Shown here: positions 11,319-24,749 of the stretch, piece after piece
Layout: the number at the start of each line of letters is the position of its first letter
Position numbering within the stretch: position 1 is the stretch's first letter
Assembly (NCBI GenBank): GCA_023231475.1
Contig: JALJEE010000076.1
Location: forward strand, 1-44,167
From: Seison nebaliae
Lineage: Eukaryota
Direction of reading: 5' to 3'
Length of the DNA: 44,167 nucleotides
Program-made: the position numbers and the translations under genes
Notes under the pieces: model-generated
What the model saw: only the letters and a program-made list of their open reading frames with translations
Databases searched by the model: none
What the model was told of the DNA's origin: nothing

Positions 11319-13426
11319 TTATCTTTGTTTCTTATTTTTCAATATTCGACAATATCCGTCATCGTTCGCTATTCCTACGTAGGACTGGTAAAGAGGAGAG
11401 AATGATATGAAGAAGATAATAAATTTACTAACCAGATTTGGATGCATGTCAACGGCAGTGATGAGAGAGGAGGATGATCGTTGGAAATTTTCGTTATATT
11501 TATAACAAGCGATTTTATTGGCAAATCGATCAGTGATAAATAATCGATCGGAACTTGAAAAATTATAAAAATTAATAAAAAAGAAAGAAAAAATGAATAC
11601 CCGATAGCTAAACAATTGGCAGATCGATGGAATTTCCCACATTGAATAATTCGACGTTCATTTTTCTCTTTGGCAATTTCCGATTGATGAAACGGTTTGT
11701 TCAACGGTAAATTGGATTGAGGAAGTGATTGATCGGACGTCCCTTTCCGAATGTTGTTATTGTTATTGTTGGAGAGATTGGTTGAGTGTAGAAATGAATT
11801 GAATTTCCTAATATCCCAAATCATGATATTTCTTGATGAATCGATACCATTTAATGTGGTGTGTGTCAAATCTAATTGAAGATCGAGAATATTTGATTTC
11901 ATAAATTGATTAGTCGTTTCAATATGAGTTGGATGATAATTTGAATTTGAATGATTGGGAGAATAATTGAACGACGATCTCATATTAGAGAGAAGTGAAA
12001 TTGATGAATGTTGTCTCTTATTTCCATGAGCATAAAAGGAAGTAAGAGATGATTTAGATGATGATGATAGAGACGAATCACTTATCATCATTTGAGATGA
12101 GAGTGATGAATCAGATGATGTCGACCAATTAGAAGTGAGTGATGAAGAGGAAGATGTTGAATGAGAAGAAGATAAAGTGCGAGAAATATTTCGATGAGGT
12201 GATTCAATTTGATGAAAGATTTTCGTATGACATCTCAAATCGAACATAGCGATCTCTCCACCAGCACTTCCAATCGCTAATAACCATGGATCATTGAATG
12301 ATGTGATATTAGTGGAAGTGTTACTGGAATTAGTTATGGAATTAATTCGATATTGCATCGTCGTTGGAATTGTTCGTAATAATTGTTCAGTATGACAATC
12401 CCAAATTCGCAAATGTTTCGACGATCCTCCAACACACAACAATTCACTCCAATCCTCCCAAACAAATTTGACGTCTCGATGTGTATAAATGTCGTTGACA
12501 TCTAACGCTTTCCACGACGTCAATAATCGTGGTCGGACGGATGATGGTGAAATTGGAGGAATAGATTTCGATTTATTCTCATAATATAATTCGTCATTCA
12601 AAGCGATTTGTTGCCAATCGAATTTCATATCCCATAACCATATCGAACCATCTCGAGTACTGAGAAGAAGTTGATCATTATCCGTATGAGTATTAATCCA
12701 ACAACAATCAGAAACGAATGATTTATGTTGATGTAATGATCCATTTTTATTCTTTCTCACCTTATATTGGAAAATGTTCGTTTTCTCATCAAATGATGAC
12801 ATTCGATTTACTGTTAATAAATCACTCATCGTTATACAAGCGATTGGTATCGTTTGTGTATTCCAAGCATAAATCGACAATTTATACGTATCACCTACAC
12901 AGAATAGACGATGATATGGATGGAATTTCAAGAGACTAATCATCGATCGATTTCCAGTGGAATTAACCGATAATGTTGATGATGGTCCGTCTGAAATTAT
13001 TGTGGTCATTTTTCTCGTTTGTTTATTTGGAGATATGGGAGAAGTGGATGTAATGGATGGAAATGATGATTTCGTATTAGACGGAGAAGATGATGATATT
13101 GATACTGATGATGATGATGATGGTATGGGATTGGAGAGAGTTGTCGTCGATGGACGTAAGACACGTGAATAATTGAAGAAATATCGTTGCAATTCAGCTG
13201 ATGTAAGTAAATTGGGATCAGGTGACAAGAGAGTTCCATCGATATCGGTTGGCATAGTATAATTGTGGAGATCGTCAGGAGACGTTTGCCAATTCATCCA
13301 TGGATTCGATAGACGTTTATTGAATGTTATCATAATTTCATCATTCTTATTTTTTTTCGATTTCGATTCCTCGAAATTATTCGGAATATTAGTAATAGTT
13401 CGAGAGAAGGATTTATTCGGAAATCG

Positions 13427-13459
<33 letters not shown>

Positions 13460-14105
13460 GGAAGGAGATGAAGTCTTCATTAATCGTTCACCATTGTTAG
13501 AGATGAAAAATGAATAAATATCATTACCAATTGAATTCATGACAATATCATCCACATTATGAATGACTTTAATGAAAAATTCTTCTTCTAATGAACCGAA
13601 AAGACCAGTTCTCAAACGGAGATACATCCGATTTGCCGTCACTTTCTCATCGAAATAATTCTTCATCGATATCCATTCGGATGTCAAAAAATTATTATAA
13701 TCGATTCGTGTCAGATATTTCGAACGTAAAAGTAACGACACTTTCGATTGAATATGATATCTCTGTTTAATTTGACGTGAATGTTCCTCCTGTAAATTCA
13801 ATTGTCCCATATCTTCATAAAACGGTAACGGTGTCAAATATGGCCAATAGAATATGTCAGAAGAAGATAATCGTTCTCGATAATAATCATCTTTTCCATT
13901 CTTTATCATCACTTTCATCGATGATGACGATTGATTTGATTGATGAGTGACATTTCCCAATTTCTTCAATTCAATTTCCTTCTCTTGACCTTTCGTTAAT
14001 TTTTGTCTTTTATTCTCCTTCAATTGCTTCTTCCATCTCGGATCCATCTCTAACAATTGTTGTTGTTGTTCTTTGAAGAAAGTTTCATGATAATCATGAT
14101 TATCT

Positions 14106-14147
<42 letters not shown>

Positions 14148-15844
14148 GTAATGGAATTATTCTGTCGAATCATCTTCTTCATTAAACGTTTCTTTATCAA
14201 TTGTTGTAATTGACCACGAGAACAATTGATGAATGTCATTCTCAAAATCTTCTCCCAATTCGATTCCTGATAATATTGACGAGTGAAAAAACAATGATGA
14301 TGATGATGATTGGTCGATTGTTTCTTAATAATTCTCGTACATTCATTAATCGTCTCATGAGAATTATAAGAAAGATTCTCATAATTAAATCGTTTCAACA
14401 TCATCATATAAAATGATGTATCTTTCAACATCGATTTGGGTGATAACCAATCATCGATATCGATCTCTTTCATTTTTATTCGTTTATTATCATTCGAATG
14501 TTCATCATAATTTTCTAATGTTTTCTTTTTTGTCGTCGTTGTCGTTGACGTCGACGTAATCGGCACATTCTCATCATCATTCGAATCATTTTTCATTTCT
14601 TCTTCATCAATCTTCTCGTGATTATGATCGAAATATTCGATATAATCTGGATCGATATTTTCCCTTTTCTTCCGTTTCTTCTCTCGCTGTAATGGTATTG
14701 ATTGATATAATTTCATTTTCACATCCAATTTCAATGTCAATACTGATATGCGGAGAAGGAGCAATTCGTATGTATAACTCAAATATTTGGCGATTTCAGG
14801 ATTTGGTTCATCTTTTATCATTCGCAACAACAACATCCATAATTGCTCACACAATTTCTTCACATGTCCCTCATTCTCCGAATTCTCTATCAAACGACTA
14901 TTCATCTCTTCATTCATAAGTCGATTACGTTTCTCTGTAAATGATTCACTTTCCTCCTCTTCATCATCATCTTCTTCTTCTTCTTCTTCTTCTTCTTCTT
15001 CTTCTTCTTCATCATATTCTTCTTCTTCTTTTTCTCTTCTTCTTCTTCTTCTTCTTCTTCTTTGTGACATATCATTAGTGAACTTTAATGGAATAATTGA
15101 TGGTTCTTCATCATCTCCCAATTCCAATTTATCGAGACGTAATTCATTCAATTCATCCGAATTATTATTAGTTTTCTGTAGCACTCTTTCTGACAATTCA
15201 TTCTTCCAAATAACTGTCGTCGTCATTTGTGGTAATTTCTTCTCATTCTCCATCGAATTATCTCCCAATTTCTCCGGTGTCGTTAATTGACTGGAGAATT
15301 TGTTGTCACTATTATTTGTTATTCGACTATCTGATCGACTCTCAATTTTATCTATTGACGATTGTTCCTCATCATTCTCCTCTTGTAAATTCATTTGAAG
15401 ATTCCATTGTTGATTATTGTTGTTGTTGTTGTTGCTGTTGTTGTTGGGTTTGGAGGAATTATGTGAGAAGATTTCACTCATCTCTCTCCTCAATAATCGA
15501 TCATTAATGATCATTTCACGATCGATGATAATTGGTGATTGGAAGAATGATTCATCAATTTTTTTCTTTCGTTGAATTTGTGGAAGACGATCGATGATGG
15601 TGGGAAGATCATAAGTTGATAATGATGAATTATTCGTTGCGAATTGACCGTTTGGTGACGATTCTAAATTTGATGGTGAATTACCCAATTGATGATTCTT
15701 ATCCATTATTGATAAATTTTCAATTCGTTCCACATTTCTCATATTATCATAACTCCCACCCATATTATGATGTGACGCTCCTGCCACATGTCGTTTTCTT
15801 CTAAATTTTCTTTTCACATTCTTCTCATTCTCATCCACTTCTCT

Positions 15845-15877
<33 letters not shown>

Positions 15878-18800
15878 GTTGCTGTTGTTGTTGTTGTTGT
15901 TGTCATTAGAGATGTAGAATAAAGATTTCTTTGAATAATTATTTCCATCATTGATCTTATTCTCATCAATTTCTTCATCAATCTCATTCTCATAAATTGT
16001 CAAATGTGGTTGAAGGAAAATTTCATTATTGTTATTGTTATTCTTGTTTAGATAGGAAGTTTCGATGGAATTCGATCGATATTGAACATGTGAATGATGT
16101 TCATTTTGTTCATTATCTGAATGAACAACATCGACATCTTTCAATTCGGTCGATGAGATTTGTCCCATCGAATTGCCATGATGAGAAAGGAAAGTGGATT
16201 TGTTGAATGAATTGAAAGGATAAATAATTTCGATTAATGATTTCTCAAATACCAAAAGTATGGAATAAATACATTTCATCAATTCCTTCCTCACCATCAC
16301 ATTCGATTCACTTTCAACAAATGGTAATAAACTACCACCAATATTTCTTATCGATTTCAATTCGATCGATGACATTATCATCAATTTATCTAAACCACAA
16401 CTGATGAAATTGCTGATGGCGAATAAAACGGCCGTTCTCACTTCCTGATATGGATCGCCCAACAATTCGATGAGAGTATCATGAAAATTTTGTTGAATAG
16501 CTTTCCTGAATGATTGAACGTTTCCTCTCAATACTTCTCCCAAAAGAATTGCGATCCAAACTCGTTGCCATGACGAACAAACCTCTCTCAACAACATCAG
16601 ACATTTACTCACGATATTCATCGTATTTAATTTATTTTGAACATTTGTTCGATGTTTTGTTCTTATCATTCTCACCAGACAAAATGATGCCAATGTGATG
16701 AATCGACATGAGAAGATGGTTGAATTATTCGTATCACAAATGATGCTAGCGAAATAAGTGACAATATGGAAATTAGTTCCATTTTTTTCATCATTCAACA
16801 ATTCTTCACATTCGAATTCATCTACTGCTAATATTGATGTCCATCCTCGTAAGAGAAGTCGTTTACATTCGATGGAAGTCGATTCTAATAATCGTCTCAA
16901 ATATGGAATAATTCCAATTCGAATAATATGATGGATTGCCCATGGTCCTAATTCGATGAATCGAACGATTAATTCCAATCCTTCTAATCGATCCATTTCA
17001 TCGAAAACTATATTTTGTAAGATGGGCAAAGTGATGGGAATGTGTCGTTGTAATTTCACTCCCTCAACAAACCAACTTTTCAATGCGATTAATTGTTGAG
17101 TAAAGAATGATTGATCGATGGGAAGTTGTCGATCAAGTGGTGAATTGAATGTTCCTGAATACCATTTCTTTTCTTCATCATTCCCAATTATCTTCATCTT
17201 CATTTTTTTCTTCTCCTCTTTATCATTCCTACATTTATGAAAGGATAAATGATGATCACGTAACATACATTCGATGATATCATCCCAAGCGTCCCATAAT
17301 GGATGTGTACGAATTAATTGATTATTCATTATCGGATAACTGTTCGGTTGGCAATTGTAGAAAGGAAAGATGCGAATTGCAGTAAAATAATTTCCAATGA
17401 TTGTTTCGATGAAAGAATCCTCTTTGAATAATTGATAATAAGTGTCGATGGGAAGACAATTATAAGCGACTGTTGTTACAATTCCATTATAAATCCATGA
17501 TAATTGTCCCATCAATTTCTCACGATCTTTCCAATCACCTTCCAATTTCGGTATAGTATAAGCAGAAGGACAATTTTTCTCTTTGAAATTATTTGGACAT
17601 CCGATCATCATCGACCATAAACGATGTTCACTATGACTAATGAGGAAATGACGAATTGATGCTTCAATCGGTTCCGTCAAACAAAGAGTGAATGAATCAG
17701 CTGGTAATAAAGAATGACATGGTAAATTTTCATTTAATCCAACAGCTGCTAAATGAATATTATCCAATAATGATGGATGCATATTATTATGGATATTGGG
17801 AATTATCTCCATATTTTCTTGATATTTCTTTCGAGCATTATCCAATTGTTTTTGTATTGTACTCGCTCGTTTCCTCATTACATTACTCAACAATTCTGCT
17901 CGATGACAATCCCAAATATATATGACTGGTGATCTCAATTCATTTTGAATATGAATTGTTGATAATGGAATATATTCGGTAAAATCTTTATCAAATGTCC
18001 AAATTTCTCCATTTGCCGTTGCGAATGGAACGCCATGTCCATTATAGACGAATAAGATTCGATCATTTTTCGCTTTTCGTCTCGAATTACTAATGACAGC
18101 TAATACGTCCTCTTTCGTATCATCTGCACATAATCTCGTTTTCATTCGACCACTATTTAATCGAGTATATCGATTAATGACGGCACGTGCCACTTTCACC
18201 GATTCTTCTCGATGTCCTTTAATTTCGATATCACATTCAATTCTTGGTGCATTGGGTGGACGTGGTGTATCACCTGGATCAGTTCCCGGATTCAAACAAA
18301 TCACAGCTAACATCAGAACGGTTTTCATTTTTCGTCGAATTTTCCATCTCGTCTCTTCATATTTGTGGACATCACACGAATCGATTAAATGTTGATAATC
18401 ATTGAGATTGTCAGTGGGCAGCTGATGTGGTGGTTGTGGAGATTGTGTGAGAGAGGTTTGTCGTCGAACAATATTCGAATATTGATGTCCGATAACCACC
18501 GGAAATTTTGAATAAAATGAATTTGAGTTCAATGTAAATAAATCAGGAAATTGTTCCATCGTTTGGGAGTGGAATGATGATTTGTTATGTGTTGATTGTG
18601 TCTCATTGTTAGATATGTGTCGTTGATTCGTTCTCAATTCCTCTCGCAGATAAGTGCATGATTGATGAGTGCAAATGTAGTGACATGACGGATATTGGCC
18701 ATAATCTTTTATTTCTATCAAATTCATTTCACCCGTCAATTGTCGTCGTAATAGGAGATCGAGTAGGGAGAAATGTTGATGAATTATCTCATTCATTTTC

Positions 18801-19573
18801 AATGTGAATGTTGTGGCTTGTTCGATTGAGCGGAAAATGGATTTCTTCTCCGAATTACCAAAACGGAAATCGTTCGACGACAAATTAAACGGAAATGATG
18901 ATGGTGAGGCGAGAGAAGAGACGCGATAAACATATGTCGCATAAATGAGATGGAGGAGATCATAAAGGAATTCGGAGGAATTGGACACGATCTCCTCACA
19001 CGATCTTAAATGTTCGATGGATGGTATTATGATAATTTCATCGTCATTCCTCAAAATGAACGAATATCCATTTCCATCAACATCATTCGTTAAATCTTCT
19101 GGATTAACATCAATCTCGAAATCGTCGTCATCATCATTATCATCATCATCATCATTTGAATATATCGGTTCTAAGTCATCCTCAAAATTCTCTGCATCGA
19201 ATTTCTTCGTTTTAGAGAGGAAACTTTTCAATTTCTCTTCTTTCAACTTTCCTTTCTTCACATTCTTCTCATACAATTTATTGAAATCGAACGATTCATT
19301 CGAACGGTAAATAGGATGATGACAACGCACATGATAATCGGGAGAATTGAATGCTTGATTGATGGAGAGATTAAGTAGCCATTGATGGAGGACGAACGAG
19401 TCCGAATGTTTCAAATCGTCTCGCAAATACAAACGACATTCCAACAAGAATTTCCGATAAGTTTTCTCGTCGAATTTCGTCCAAAACTCTTCGGATTTCT
19501 CCAGAACATTATCGATGTATTGGTTGATGTAAGAGACATCATATAATTGAGAAAGATTATCAAATTTATTCAT
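11319..19573 (-). CDS. RPTOR: Regulatory-associated protein of mTOR (Raptor/KOG1), expanded to ~2720 aa (exons 19573-11601, 11553-11433, 11384-11319)
   Basis: RNC domain: WKIRRKMKTVLMLAVICLNPGTDP, RILFVYNGHGVP..NGEIWTFDKDFTEYIPLS, IYIWDC, LPADSFTLCLTEP, HPLWDAWD. HEAT region: LLGDPYQEVRTAVLFAI. C-terminal WD40s: LRIWDCHTE, AVDMHPNL. Two small introns (11554-11600, 11385-11432) restore the last WD repeat. The first in-frame ATG is 19573; the ORF track starts at a GTG. Confidence 0.92.
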
Positions 19574-20094
19574 ACTATTTCCCACTCATTCAACCAATTT
19601 CAATTGATATATATGGATGATTTGAATTGAAATATTTTGAAGATAATCGACGTTCTTTCCTTCTTCTTCCGTCTCCTCTTCCTTTTTCTCTTCATAAAAC
19701 AAAATAATTTATTCCAATTCGAATTTATAATGTAGTACTCCTTATTTGTGTGTTGTTTAATTTGATTATTATTTTCTCATTTCACCTTCCTTCCCAACAT
19801 AAAAAAAAAAACCCACAACATAAACAAAAGGGCGAATTGTTAAACTTTTTTTTTGAAATTCTTTTTCAAAAAACATTTTCTTCCCATCGCACAATTGTCT
19901 CCCCTCTCACCTACATCACCCTGTTCAACTTGCACGGCCAAGACGTTTTTTTTCCAGATAAGCGTGTCAATTCACTTCGGAATTCACTTGCAACTTGTGG
20001 GCACTTGCAAATAACACGTTCCATCCCTTCTCTAATCGAACGAATGGAAATGAGCTAAAATTTTTAAAGTTTCTTCTCATTAATCACATGATCG

Positions 20095-20138
20095 AACACA
20101 CACACACACACATACATGCACATACATACACATACATA
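20095..20138. repeat. (CA)n/(CATA)n microsatellite
   Basis: ACACACACACACACACATACATGCACATACACATACATACATA. Confidence 0.8.
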
Positions 20139-20565
20139 GATTATTCGATTGTAGGTCAAATATTTAGGAACTTGAAAACTTTATTAATTAGAGTTGTCGT
20201 TTTCAGTTATCGAATTTGGAATAGAGGGATAGTAAGATTTGATGATGAAAGAAAATTTTCTTCTTCTTTCTCACTTTCACATTGTCAATCAACTCACCAA
20301 TTATTGAACTTTTCTTTAAGTTATTCACTATTAACTCATTATTTAAAAAAGTAAGTAGGTAACTTGTTGACAGTTTTAAGTGAAAATTTTTTAAGTTTAT
20401 AAAACTATAAAAAATTTTAATTTTAACTCACTGTTAGATAATGAGAGAATAAGTAAGGAAGAATGAGAAAGACGGAAAGAAAATGTTTCGTAGAAGACAT
20501 CTGATTAGGGATGACATGGCACTTGACCAATTCTTATAATTCTTATAATGGACGCCATTTCCAAT

Positions 20566-22400
20566 ATTTATTTATTTATTTGAGTAAGAAAGGGGTTAGA
20601 AATAAAATTTAAAAAAAACCAAAACTATAAAAGGAACATGTTTGGACGGAGATGTGGAAAAGTCCAATACCCTATCGACACAATAAAATATAACGAAAAG
20701 AGGATGAAAAGAAAAAAAAAACAAAAAGAAGAAAAAGTAATGGCTCTGTAAATTCCCATAGAGGGATAATTCAGATCTCACTGTCGAGAGGAATCCTCAA
20801 GGTGGTAGTCTGATGAGTCTTGGTAGAGTTTAGGGTAAGTATCAAAGTCTAGTGACTAGACTTTGAATGAGAATAAAGATGTGGGGGAAGAATCCAGATG
20901 ACGAGAAGTTGTCGATGACATGGAAGATGTGTCGACAGTAGAGAGTCATATTTCGATTAATTCTCCGGAAACAGCCAATGAGGCGCCGGTTGATGTTATT
21001 GTACTTTCGCTCCATTCTGAGGAATGAACTATTAGAGACGAACAGTAACGAATCGAGTCCGTACAATGAGAGAATGAAGGAATTGAAAACCCGTAGACGA
21101 ATAGTAAGAGGAAGGTATTTCGTTCATGATGCGAAAGAGAATGAAACTCGAACGAATTTGCTACGAATCTGATCGAGTGATGCCGATGCCGCAATTTTGA
21201 AATGGGTGAGAACTCCAAGAAATATGTGATTATAACTAGGAGGAATAGAAATAGAATTATTCCTCAAGACGAACAGAGTTGTCGTAAGGACGACGATCTT
21301 CGTCAAGTTGATTCTGATAGAAACTTCTGCCAAGAGAACTTCTGCTCTTTCGCGAATTCCGTTCAATTGACGAGGAGAGGTATATGCTAATGCTGCTGGG
21401 AATTGGGTACTGTTGATGTTGATCCCGTACATTTCGTTTAACTGTAAAATGATCCAGTTGAAAGTGAGTCCGAATAGCCAGGAACCCCGAATGGAACCTT
21501 GTCGAACGCCATTGTTAGCAGGGAACAGAAGTCCGAAGATTTGGCCGAGTGACAACGATACACTGGACGAAAAGCATAGATGGCACAAGAAACGTAGAAC
21601 CATATCTGGTATGTTTCGAATGGTCAGAGAGGAGAGAACCGGTAGTTAATCAATAGAATCAAAAGATCATGTAATTGAATATGATGTGTGGGAACTTCAA
21701 AAAATAATGAATGAAAGATGAGGAGAATAGGATGGAGGCCGCGATTGGCGGCTCTATAAGTGAATTGATGGGAAGAAGAATATAGACTCGTCCTGTATCT
21801 GTGGTCAACCATTCGTTCGATGATTCGAAGTGTATAGGAACTAATACAGATCGGACGGTACGAGTTCAATAGAGGAATTCCACTAAAGTGGAACCATTCC
21901 ATGGGAAACAATCCTGAGTGGAAAGACCGATTGAAATATCACGAATTGAGAAGAAATCAGAGATGCTCATTCAATTCGGTATTATGGTTGAATTGTTATT
22001 GACTATTTTCATCTGATGACGGAAATGAGACGAGAATTGCGGTAGAGACGGTCGATCATTGGAATCGATATTCGGTTTGGGTAGACGGAAATTTCGCTGA
22101 TTTCTTCCGGCACAGACGTCGGACGTCATACCGAAAAGCTTTCTTGGCGCGCATTAGAACAGTTGAAGGTTCTAATGATAGTGTGGTGTGTAAAAGACTG
22201 GATAATCTCGCACTTTCCATTTGTCGTGGAAGGATTGTGTAGAAATGTGAAAGAGAACGTTTATGTGATTGTGTGGTATGAGAGGTGGATGAGAAGTGAG
22301 TGAGAAGTTGTAACAGTTGTGACATCTTGTTCGCGGTCGAGGAAAAATCTTAAGAGTTGTACGAAGGAATCTTCAATTAATTCGAGAGTTTTATAAACAC
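20566..22400 (-). mobile_element. Decayed non-LTR (LINE-type) retrotransposon, RT region with frameshifts
   Basis: Minus-strand fragments LNSYRPICISSYTLRIIERMV (RT domain 1-2), SFDSID, NGVRQGSIRGSWLF (QG motif), LAY with the ADD part deleted, and IRINLTK..HIFLG. An (AAAT)n tail lies at ~20566-20581. The 5' boundary is approximate. Confidence 0.8.
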
Positions 22401-22672
22401 TTCTAATATAAATGTTGAATAAATTCAATAAATTAATGAAAGAGTTGGATGGTGTTGATCTGTTAATATCTGTTGATGGAAGAAAATTGAGAATGTTAAT
22501 ATTTCCTTCTCTCTTCATAATAATGTATAATGTTTATCTTTCCTTGTCACATGTTGTAATTATAAAAAATGAAATTATTTAGTCAAACAAACTTCAAGTG
22601 CTTGTCTCCCACTACTATTGTTGTAGTAGTTGTGACTGAATCTGCCTCATTCATTCTCGTTATCTACTCAAC

Positions 22673-24675
22673 ATGCTCCATGATCGACTCGTCGATATAG
22701 TTAGTTTATTGAATTGATTAATTGTTTTTATTAAGAATATGTTTCTAAGAATTACTTCCCGAGCGAGATACCTGTATCTCAGCAAGAGTCTTATGATCTC
22801 ATAATCGATTTATTGATAAGTGCCGGATATTTTCGTGCACGAATTCGAACGTTAACACCTTTCGATAAAGTAAAATTTTGTTTAATTTTCTAATGATTTT
22901 TTCCTATAACACCTCTTAACTGATTAATAGAAGATTTTAAATGATTTTTTTCATGATTTGAAATTTAAAGAAATGCTCAATATAAATTGATGGGAATGAT
23001 TTGATTAGCTGTTATTTGTCAATTCATCATTTTCCAATTAATTTTCCTATTAACAGATAATTGGTGGAATAGTCTGGTGTATTCAAACGACATGCTTCCA
23101 ATTGAATATCGATATCTTCTTTCGAGAAGAAATGACGATAGGAAAGAAAATGTTCGTGTCTCTTCTACTCATTTATTTGTTGATTATTTCTCGTTTAGTT
23201 TAGTGACGGAAAGGATCGTCAATGTTCTCAAAAAGATGAATTGTCGTTACATCATCGAACCGCATGAAATCCAAGGATTAAATTGTAATAAAATGATAGA
23301 TCTTATTCGATGGTTAATTCAAGAAGCTCTTCAATATCGTTCGCAAATGAAAGAGAAATATTTTGATATTTCTTATTTTTACAATTCTCGAATTGATCAG
23401 ATGAAATTTGAGAGGAATTATCAAAATAATTTAATTCCATTACGACAATTCGAATTGGAACGGAATGAATTAGTGGAGAATCAAATGAGAATGATAAAAC
23501 ATCCTCAACGACTTTATCGATTGAGGAAGATGGATAAATTGAAAGATATCGATACATTGATCGATGCGACATTATTAGAATATAACGAGGAATTGTTTTA
23601 TGGTTATGCGTCATCATCTCATGAGCAAATAGGGAAATCGAACGAGAAAGAATCGACGAAAAATAAACAAAAAATTATTCGTTTGAAGAAAGTGATGGAG
23701 GAATATGATGAGAAGATATCGATAATTAATGAGGAAAATTTAGAAAAAATAATGAATGAAAATAAATGGGAATTTGATGAAATGAAAGAATTATCCGATC
23801 CGCTCATGCAGATGGAAAGGAAGATTGGAAAGATGAAAAATAAATTGGAGAATATTCGGAATGAGAATAATGACATCAATCCATATTTGTGGAATGAGGA
23901 GAATATGGTGAAATTGATGGAATTGAAAGAGAGATTGAAAGAGAGTGAGAAAGTGGAAGAGAAATTGAAAAAGAAATTCGATGAAGTTGATGTTAATTCG
24001 AATGAGATAATGAAACGATTATATCCCATCATTGACGAGACGAATAAGGAGAAGATTTCATTGAAAGAGAATAAACATGAAATTTCCGAATTACGTAAAG
24101 AATTTGAGAAATTAAATAAATCAGATGATCGAAATTCATTGGAATTGGAATTGAAGAATTTGAAGGATAATCGAATTGTACAAGAGAAAGAAGAAGAACC
24201 AGAATTGAAGAAAATGAAAGGAAAAAATTTAAAATTAGAAAAAGAAAATTTAATTTATCGATATTATCATCAATCGATAGCGAACTCTCTCGAATTGACA
24301 TATTATGGTCAATTGTTCCATCAATTAGCTTTCCAGACATTACACCATTATCGACAAACGAAATATTTTTATATTCAATTCAATCTCACTCATGACGTCA
24401 ATCAATTCCTCACTTATCAATTCAATTTAACGGAATCGATTAGTGAAGCATGTGAGAAGGCTCGAACGATGAATGATCCATCCGTCTACGATCACGTCCA
24501 TGAAGAAATCGAGAAGAAATCGATCGATATCGATGAAAGGAAGAAGAAAATGATGGAAAGGAATGAGAAGAAAGAAAGAGAATATATGGAATTTGAAAAG
24601 GAAGTTAATCGTTTACAATCCATCGCCGAACGATATTATGAAATGACGAAAGAATTAGAAAATTTAATCAAATAA
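22673..24675 (+). CDS. CCDC93: Coiled-coil domain-containing protein 93 (CCC/Commander complex); introns ~22700-22749, 22870-23056, 23152-23198
   Basis: Spliced N-terminus IIDLLISAGYFRARIRTLTPFDK|IIGGIVWCI..IFFREEMTIGKKI|LVTERIVNVLKKMNCRYIIEPHEIQGL matches CCDC93 (AGYFRARI..LSPFDK..GG..WCI; EPHQIQG). Long coiled coil and ELTYY..F.QL tail follow. The first exon is uncertain. Confidence 0.88.
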
Positions 24676-24749
24676 AATAATTCATTTAATAACATTTCCT
24701 ATTTCCTCCATAAATATTTAAATTTTATTAGAATGAGAATAAATATTAA

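Noticed and set aside
11375..11600. ORF-track C-terminus of Raptor (YSFFLSFLLIFIIFQ...) resembling a TM helix
   Set aside because: It is read-through of a T-rich intron; splicing gives a proper WD40 end at 11319.
12718..19310. Many short ORFs antisense or out of frame within Raptor
   Set aside because: Shadow ORFs produced by low-complexity codon runs (poly-S, poly-L, poly-C).
20978..21649. Chain of + strand ORFs suggesting stop-codon recoding or a foreign gene
   Set aside because: Explained as the antisense of the decayed LINE RT; conserved genes here use the standard code.
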